Source: Octopus vulgaris
Taxonomy: Eukaryota
Reading direction: 5' to 3'
Assembly (NCBI GenBank): GCA_951406725.2
Contig: OX597818.1
Span: 97,464,001 to 97,528,000 of the forward strand
DNA length: 64,000 bases
Of this stretch, positions 56,038 to 64,000 are shown in pieces. A program made the translations under genes and the position numbers. The notes under the pieces were generated by a model. It was not told the DNA's origin and searched no databases. It was given only the letters and a program-made list of their open reading frames with translations. Position 1 is the first letter of the stretch. Each line of letters opens with the position of its first letter.

Positions 56038-56695
56038 GTATATATATAAAACTCAACTTGTGTGTCTGTGTGTGTATATGTGTGTTTAACTTCCCGGCAC
56101 ATCTCCTAGCCAACAAATCGTAGAACCACCAAAAATGGGTCACTTAAAGTTTAGGCGAATGAAAATTGAACTGCGCTATTTCTGTTCCGAAAGTCATCTC
56201 GCAAGTGCAAAAATCGATAATGTGTTTGTTTAGGCCTTATCCCATGCATTGAATAGTGAACTTTACTCAGTCAGCTGTTTGACGTGAACTGTGTTCACCA
56301 CGCGTGCAAGCATGCGTAAATTGCATGAAAAATAAAAAATCAAGATATAAAAACGAATCGCCGTAAACATTGTAGAAATTCGGCAAAGAAATTAATTTTC
56401 GGGATGTAGCTTGGAGGTTTTTTTTCGTATTAATCGTTTGGACTTTGTGAACACATACCAATTGTTTTCATAACATTTTTAACGCTTTGAATTAAATGAG
56501 ACCATTTTGCGTTGAGTCTGCAGTTTGAATCACTTTAACTAAATTTTAGCAGGCCGGATTTTTGATCATCACGATACATCGCCAGCGACTTCCTGAAACT
56601 CTCCCCTGAAATCCTCGTTGAGAAATCTATATATATAAAACTCAACTTGTGTGTCTGTGTGTGTATCTGTGTGTGTGTCTGCGTGTTTAACTTTT
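56038..56695 (+). mobile_element. Helitron-like 5' portions (start duplicated at 56626)
   Basis: TATATATAAAACTCAACTTGTGTGTCTGTG occurs twice, the second with a TC start. Confidence 0.45.
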
Positions 56696-56744
56696 GGATC
56701 TATCAAGTTTCCTTTTTAAGGATGGAAAGTAGTGTGTAGCAAAT

Positions 56745-57131
56745 TTATATATATAAAGCTGAAGTTGTCTGTGTGTGGCAGGTTTGGTAGCCTTCAACTA
56801 ACACTATCTCCTTCGAGACCCTGCAGCGCAAGTTGACCAAAATTGAGAGTATGATAGAAGAAGGCTTGCTCTTCATTCTTTAGAAGATAAAATTCAAATC
56901 GGACCAAGTTAACACCCAAAATTATTTACATCAAAAAGGTGCTTTTTTTCTATGAAAATCTATTTTTTTACGATTTTTGACTGCTGCGTCACCATTTTTC
57001 GGTGTATTTCAATTGGAAAAATGTTCACTTGAAGAGAATAACAAGCTACATAATGCAAAATTTTTACTTTTCAAAAATTCCAATTCTAAAGGGTCGAAAC
57101 AAACCCAAGCAACACCGGGTGATACTGCTAG
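56745..57131 (+). mobile_element. Non-autonomous Helitron-like element (copy of 28413-28790)
   Basis: Ends CCCAAGCAACACCGGG...CTGCTAGT. Confidence 0.75.
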
Positions 57132-57200
57132 TATATATATATATCTTTAAATATATATATATATATATCTTTAAAATATATATATATATATATATATATC

Positions 57201-57289
<89 letters not shown>

Positions 57290-57335
57290 TATACATACAT
57301 ACATGCGTATATACATAGATACATATAGATATAAG

Positions 57336-57382
<47 letters not shown>

Positions 57383-57714
57383 CGAAGTAAGCTAATACAT
57401 CAATTATATTCTTCTGTACCAAGCGGTGGGAAGATGGAACGTGTATCACGACAACATGGGCACCTAATATAATTAACGAAAGCACGGTACACGCTCTGAA
57501 AAACCATCCTTTCTGACTATGGAAGTTATTAGACTTCATTCTTATATAAAACACAAGAATAGTTCAGAATTATTGACAAGAACGACCTTCAGTGAAAGAT
57601 TGTGAAATAACAAAAAACAAAAACAACTATAAAATTTTTAAAGAAATACAAAACCCCACCAAATATATGACTGCATAATATTACGATAAGGTCCGAGACA
57701 GATATCAAACAAGG

Positions 57715-58040
57715 GTGATGTTATCAAAAATAACATCGTTTATGTGTGTGTGTGTGTGTTAGTGCATGTGTGAATGTGTCAGTGAATGTGTGTACGTGTG
57801 TGAGTGTATGAACGGGTGTATGTGTTTATGTGTTCGTGTGTGTGCGCGTCTGTGCGAGTGTGTGTGATGTTATCAAAAATAGCATCGTTTATGTGTGTGT
57901 GTGTGTGTGTGTGTGTTAGTGTGTGTGTGAATGTGTGAATGTGTCAGTGTGTCAGTGAATGTGTGTACGTGTGTCAGTGTATGAACGGGTGTATGTGTTT
58001 ATGTGTTCGTGTGTGTGTGTGTGCGTCTGTGCGAGTGTGT
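57715..58040. repeat. Tandem duplication of a ~150-175-bp TG-rich unit
   Basis: GTGATGTTATCAAAAATA(A/G)CATCGTTTATGTG at 57715 and 57863. Confidence 0.8.
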
Positions 58041-58726
58041 GAATGTGTACGTGTTTATGCGTCAGTGAACGTCTGTGTGTGTGCGTGTCAATGCGTGTAT
58101 GTGCTTATATAACTGGGAGTGTGTATATGCTTATATGACTGCGCGTGCGAGAGAGACAGTGAATGTGTTAAGGCTTGGGTGTGTGTGTGTGTGCGCTTTT
58201 GTGCACATGTATCTTTGTGTGCGTGTGTGTGTGTGTGTTCGCGTGTGCAAACCAATGGTAAACAGGAAGGAACCTCCTCGTTGTGTATATTTTAGGACAA
58301 CAGGAGTAAAGGAAATCTTTATATGACTTTCAAATCCGTCTAAGTTTTCTAGAAGTATAAGACTTACACAATCAGACACACACATACACACACAGACACA
58401 CACACACAGGTATATACACACACACAGGCACACACACATACACACACACATGCAGGCACACACACACACACATGCAGGCACACACACACACACGCATTCA
58501 CTCACGCACAGACACACACACAGATACATACACACACGCATACATACACACACACACATACACACGCAGGTACACACGCATACACACACACACACACACG
58601 AAGACGCACACACACAGACACTCACACACAGACACACACGCGGAAACACACACATACATACGCAGACACACACGCATACATACACACACAGATACACACG
58701 CGAACGCGCACACACATACACACACA

Positions 58727-58809
<83 letters not shown>

Positions 58810-59235
58810 AGACAGAGAAACTCAAAGACACAGAGCGGTATAGTGAATAACTAGTTCCGACATGTAGTTTCAGCCAATAGACGGTTAATAGGGTTAACGA
58901 TTTTGGTGGAATAAAATCGCAAGATAAACCGAGGTCAGGTACGTGACAGAAAACAGGAGAGCTTTAAACACTGACGCCTTCCTTCTGGCGTTATTTTAGT
59001 TCATTCGACAACAAAGTCACAAGAACAAATCATTTAACAGGGCAAATTAAAAAACAAAAAAAATACTGTTTGTGCCATTTAATTTGTATATGGATGGGGT
59101 CACGTTGGAGTTTAAAATTACGCTATCCTGAACAAGAAACTACCCAGGATAACAGCGCGCGCGCGCACACCCGCTCGCATGCACGCACGCATGCACGCAC
59201 GCATGCACGCACACACACGTTCCTATACATAATCT

Positions 59236-59442
59236 CTTTACTCTTTTACTTGTTTCAGTCATTTGACTGCGGCCATGCTGGAGCACCGCCTTTAGTCGAG
59301 CAAAGCAACCCAGGACTTATTCTTTGGAAGCCTAGTACTTATTCTATCGGTCTCTTTTGCCGAACCGCAAAAAGTTACGGGGACGTAAACACACCACCAT
59401 CGGTTGTCAAGCGATGTTGGGGTGACAAACACAGACACACAA

Positions 59443-59503
<61 letters not shown>

Positions 59504-59635
59504 CATATATACGACGGGCTTCTTTCAGTTTCCGTCTACCAAATCCACTCTCAAAGCTTTGGTCGGCCCGACGCTATAGTAGAAGACATTTGCCTAAGGT
59601 GTCACGCAGTGGGTCTGAACCCGGAACCATGTGGC
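59236..59635 (-). mobile_element. CORE-like SINE (a more diverged tail follows at 59770-59980)
   Basis: Family tail, microsatellite and partial head. Confidence 0.8.
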
Positions 59636-60287
59636 ACTTCTGTGCCTATAAAAGATATGGTGCATCGGCCGTTATAGTTTTGAAAGCTTGTACTCTTGAC
59701 ATACTCCATAAACCATCTGTTCTTTTTTTCTGCATGACTAAAAGGGTCTTCAGGATTTGTTCTTTTTTCATTTTACTTGTTTCAATCATTCGACTGCTGC
59801 CGTGCTGGAGTACTGCCTTGGAGGATTTTAGTCTAGCAAATCGAGCCCAGTGCTAATTTTCTAAGCCTGGTACATACTCCATCAAAGGCTTTTGCCGAAC
59901 CGATAAGTTACAGGGACATAAACAAACCAACACCGATTGTCAAGAGGTGGCTGAGTGGACAAACACAATCATAAAGACATACAAACATAAATTTGACCTC
60001 AGAATGTAAAGACGAGCGAAATGTCGCTAAACCTTTCGACCGGTATGCTAACAATTCTGACAGCCTACCATCTTTAAAAATATTAATACAGATTTAAAAT
60101 TTTGGTACAAGGCCAGCAATTTCGGTGTAGTAGGTAAGTCGATAACATCGACCACCAAAGGATGAAAGGCAAAGTCGACCCCGACGGAATTTAAACTCAG
60201 AACGTAAAATGTCAGAAGAAAAATCTCTAAGTGGTTTATCCGACGCGCAAGGCCTGAAACTTGGTGGGAGGGAGCAAGCACGCCGCC

Positions 60288-60388
<101 letters not shown>

Positions 60389-60390
60389 TA

Positions 60391-60442
<52 letters not shown>

Positions 60443-60451
60443 TAATAATTA

Positions 60452-60495
<44 letters not shown>

Positions 60496-60496
60496 T

Positions 60497-61195
60497 ATTT
60501 TTTTTATTAGCCACAAGAAAACATAAAGAAGGGCTACATCAGAAGGACAAGCAGCAACTTGTGTGGGTATTTACATAAAGGATGGGTAGAAAGAAATGGA
60601 AAAGACTGAAATACGATAAAAGTATACAGAGTATACAAAGTATATGATGACGTGAATGATGCAGTCCTCCTGATATAGGAGAAACTCCAGCTAGGGCCAG
60701 TCAAGGAATCGCACAGATCCATGAATAACCTGATTACCAAACGTACGAAACCTCTCTTCTGTTCTCTACTCAACAGGTTCATAATTAGAGTAGGGTCATT
60801 CACTCTAACCATTTTTGCCACAGTCACCCATCTTTTCACAAATTCACTGGGATGTAGCATTTCCCTCTCCACCCTCACTTTCCTTTCCAAGTGGAACTTT
60901 AAAAAGTCGATGAGAGCTTGACCGAAGAGGAAGGTTTCTTTCTTCAATCTTTCAACCTCGTCCACCACACAACTTCTTTCGCCATAGACAGTATGCAGAG
61001 GAACACCACCTGCCCTACCTTGTTAAAGGTGGGTGATGGGGCAATACTTACGATGGATTCGACCGGTAGTCGGATTCATTCCACACGTGATAACAACTAT
61101 TCGACATAACTCCACAGTCGCTCTCGCCTGCATCTCGCACAGTTCCACCTGACAGCGTTTCCGTGCCTATAAAGTCTAACTGGCAATACTCCTCT
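60497..61195 (-). mobile_element. 5'-truncated Tx1/L1-like LINE 3' end
   Basis: Fragments LPVRLYRHGNAVRWNCARC (zinc-binding region), MAKEVVW, LIDFLKFHLERKVRVEREMLHPSEFVKRW; then 3' UTR, AATAAA and short poly(A) abutting (AAT)n. Confidence 0.7.
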
Positions 61196-61459
61196 GTTTG
61201 TTATCGATGAACAAAGGGTACATGTAAACAACCACAATGACACACACACACAGACAACTTTGTATTTAGTGTATTCGTCTGACGCAGCTAAGGTCTTGCC
61301 TATTGTTAAAGGAAGAGGTTTTTAAGTGTCGTGTTCTCGGAGTTGCAATCGATATTCCTAATTGGCTCTATGTCTGACACAACTGAACAATTCACTGAGT
61401 GTGTTCGAGAGAAAGAAAGAGATAAAAATGGGGTGGGTGCAGAGGAGAAACAGACAGAA

Positions 61460-61583
61460 GGGTAGATAGATACACAGACAGCTAGCTAGCTAGCTAGATA
61501 GATAGATAGAGATAGATAGATAGACAGATAGCTAGATAAATAGATAGAGATAGATAGATAGACAGATAGCTAGACAGACAGAC

Positions 61584-61658
<75 letters not shown>

Positions 61659-61743
61659 AAGATAGAGATAGAGATAGATAGATAGATAGATAGATAGAGA
61701 CAGCTAGATAGAGATAGATAGACAGACAGACAGAGAGACATAC

Positions 61744-61818
<75 letters not shown>
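61460..61818. repeat. (GATA)n/(GACA)n microsatellite
   Basis: Direct reading. Confidence 0.9.
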
Positions 61819-62859
61819 CGGGTTTTTCCAATGCCTTACGAAGACGGCACATTAGAGGATATGGTCCATGATATGGAGAAAAGGCAAATGGTCACGGCTG
61901 GAAGGCTTTCATCATAAGTTTGCTGAATTAGTGATGATCTGGAGTTAAACAACAACTAGGAATATATCCAGTTAACAGGTATCGATCTGAAGGTGAAACA
62001 ACACAAACGAAACAGTGTTTGGGAGAGGAAGAAGATTCTTTGAGACAGCAAGAGATTGACAAGTTGAGCCACGCTTTAGCAGTTAAGCCGGCCAAATCTG
62101 GCCCAGATACTTTACTTGTTTTATGTTCAAACATCCCAGATCTGACCTCTTACAACAACCCTGCAATGTCACTCTAAAAATAAACATCATAAATAAACAT
62201 CATAAGTATCGAAGCTATGAGATAATGCATGGTTAAGTCACAACAATATTGATATATAAATATTACTGAGAAATTTGACAGAGTAATCAGAATGCAAATG
62301 AATAACTTAATGTAAGTAAGGCGAACCGTTTACTTGGCTTAGCTTCATATGTGAAAACGCGTGGTCTAGTGGTTAGGATATTACACTCACATGATGGCGG
62401 TTTCGATTCACGTACCGGGCGATATGCTCTTTTCATGAGCAAAGCAATTCATTTCATGTGGCTCTAGTCCAATGGTTAACAATTTTTTTTTTACCTACGG
62501 ATTTCTATTTTACTCTGATGTATCCCTCTAGTCATTCGATGTTTTTTTAATTAAATATCATTGAAATTCATCTAGTATACATAAATCACAGTATGTGTAT
62601 GTATATTATTGACTAACGCATACATTTTACAATTCTCAACCGATTTTCATCAAACTTTACACACACATTACTTATATCCCAAGGATGGTCATGCTCTATA
62701 ACATTTTGCCCAGAGCTTCCGCGTAAAAAACGATGGTTTACACAGGTTTTTCTCTAATTCGTTGTATGTACATAGTCTTTTTTTGTATGTAAGGTCTTTG
62801 GCATAAGAGAAAACTTTTTAGTGGTTTTCACAGTTTTTTGATTTATGATTTTTTTGTAT

Positions 62860-63048
62860 GTTGTAATTGTGTATTATTACTTGGTTAGGGAATATTATAA
62901 AAGTGAATGGCTTTTGTCTATTTATTCATTTCGACTGTCCACCTGTTATTATTTATTTATATATTTTGTAATTGTGTGTCATTACTTGGTTACAGAATAT
63001 TATAAAAGTGAAAGGATTTTGTCTTTATTTATTTCGACTGTCCACCTG
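62860..63048. repeat. Tandem duplication, ~105-bp period
   Basis: TTGTAATTGTGT..ATTACTTGGTTA..GAATATTATAAAAGTGAA...TTTCGACTGTCCACCTG occurs twice. Confidence 0.8.
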
Positions 63049-63131
63049 CTACGGTGATTAAATTGACTAGGAACATTGTACGCGATGAATATCCTCGCAG
63101 AGGGGAAGTTTCAATGTCTTCCTTCAATTTC

Positions 63132-63183
<52 letters not shown>

Positions 63184-64000
63184 CGACGAGTTTCTTTCAG
63201 TTTCCGACTACCAAATCTACTCCTGAGGCCTTGGTCGGCCCGAGGCTATAATAGAAAACTCTTGCCCAAGGTATCACGCAGTGAGACTGAACCCAGAATC
63301 ACGTGGTTGGGAAGCAATTGTATAAAAAAATAAATATCTTGTGTATTGCAAAAGTAAAACCAGTTTGCCACACATAGATTTTAACTGCAAACTCTTATAT
63401 AGGACCATAAGTGCCATATGGACAGCGCTTGAGAACTATTACTCAAGTACATTCAACTATAATTGAGTTCTGGCAACAGTTCGCAAGTTAACCCTGCGAC
63501 AGACTGACGTCCTTTCAAGGACTCTTGAAATCTCAGTCACTTATGTACACCGTGAAAACCAAGTTAAATTCCGGCGTTATGAGACTTAAGGTTAATGACA
63601 GACCAAAGTTATAGCTATGTGAAGTGAACTCCACGTTGGCTTATATGTGTGTACATATGAGTACTTGTGTGAGCGTGTGTCTATGCGGTTGGCGTTTGTG
63701 TCAGTACACGTATCTATGAATATGTTTGTGTGTATGTGTGTTTATTTGTGTATATAGATAAATCGGTAATTTCCTATTTAACGTTCGTAAAATCGAATTT
63801 GCTTTAGTTTCAATTTCATTTCAACACGATTCGGGGGTCACGTGGACGCCTTGATGCTCCTCGTTTTAAGGTGAATCCCAACGAAACACTTACAGATCAG
63901 TAGATAACCATGAAAGGCTCGATCTTTGTCAGATTCAGTGACTTGTATTGCTTGGTGTGCTCGTCGTGTATTGCTGAAGAATTCTCACATGTGCCCAGGG

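Overview
This is AT-rich, microsatellite-saturated animal DNA. The SINE repertoire resembles octopus/coleoid cephalopod repeats (inference, no database search). I can support no host protein-coding exon, and almost all listed ORFs are microsatellite or repeat artefacts. The one real coding element is a ~4.3-kb Penelope-like retroelement (Neptune type: RT, Cys knuckle, C-terminal GIY-YIG) on the minus strand at ~23220-27563. It is nearly intact, lacks a duplicated pLTR and ends in a minimal hammerhead ribozyme (HHR). A ~305-bp internally deleted copy at 44766-45070 defines both of its termini. The window holds about a dozen minimal type-I hammerhead motifs in five sequence-unrelated families, most with non-canonical catalytic cores (A6U, U4C, U3-A8, U3.G8). 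Two HHR families sit inside long fold-back palindromes, and one of these carries a hammerhead on each strand. Most HHR-bearing 3' ends abut (TA)n tracts, including the three longest (~430 bp) in the window. The remainder is tRNA-derived SINEs (three main families), Helitron-like, mariner and hAT non-autonomous elements, LINE relics (CR1-like, Tx1-like, RTE-like) and TA-embedded palindromes. Coordinates were read by eye, and element edges are approximate.
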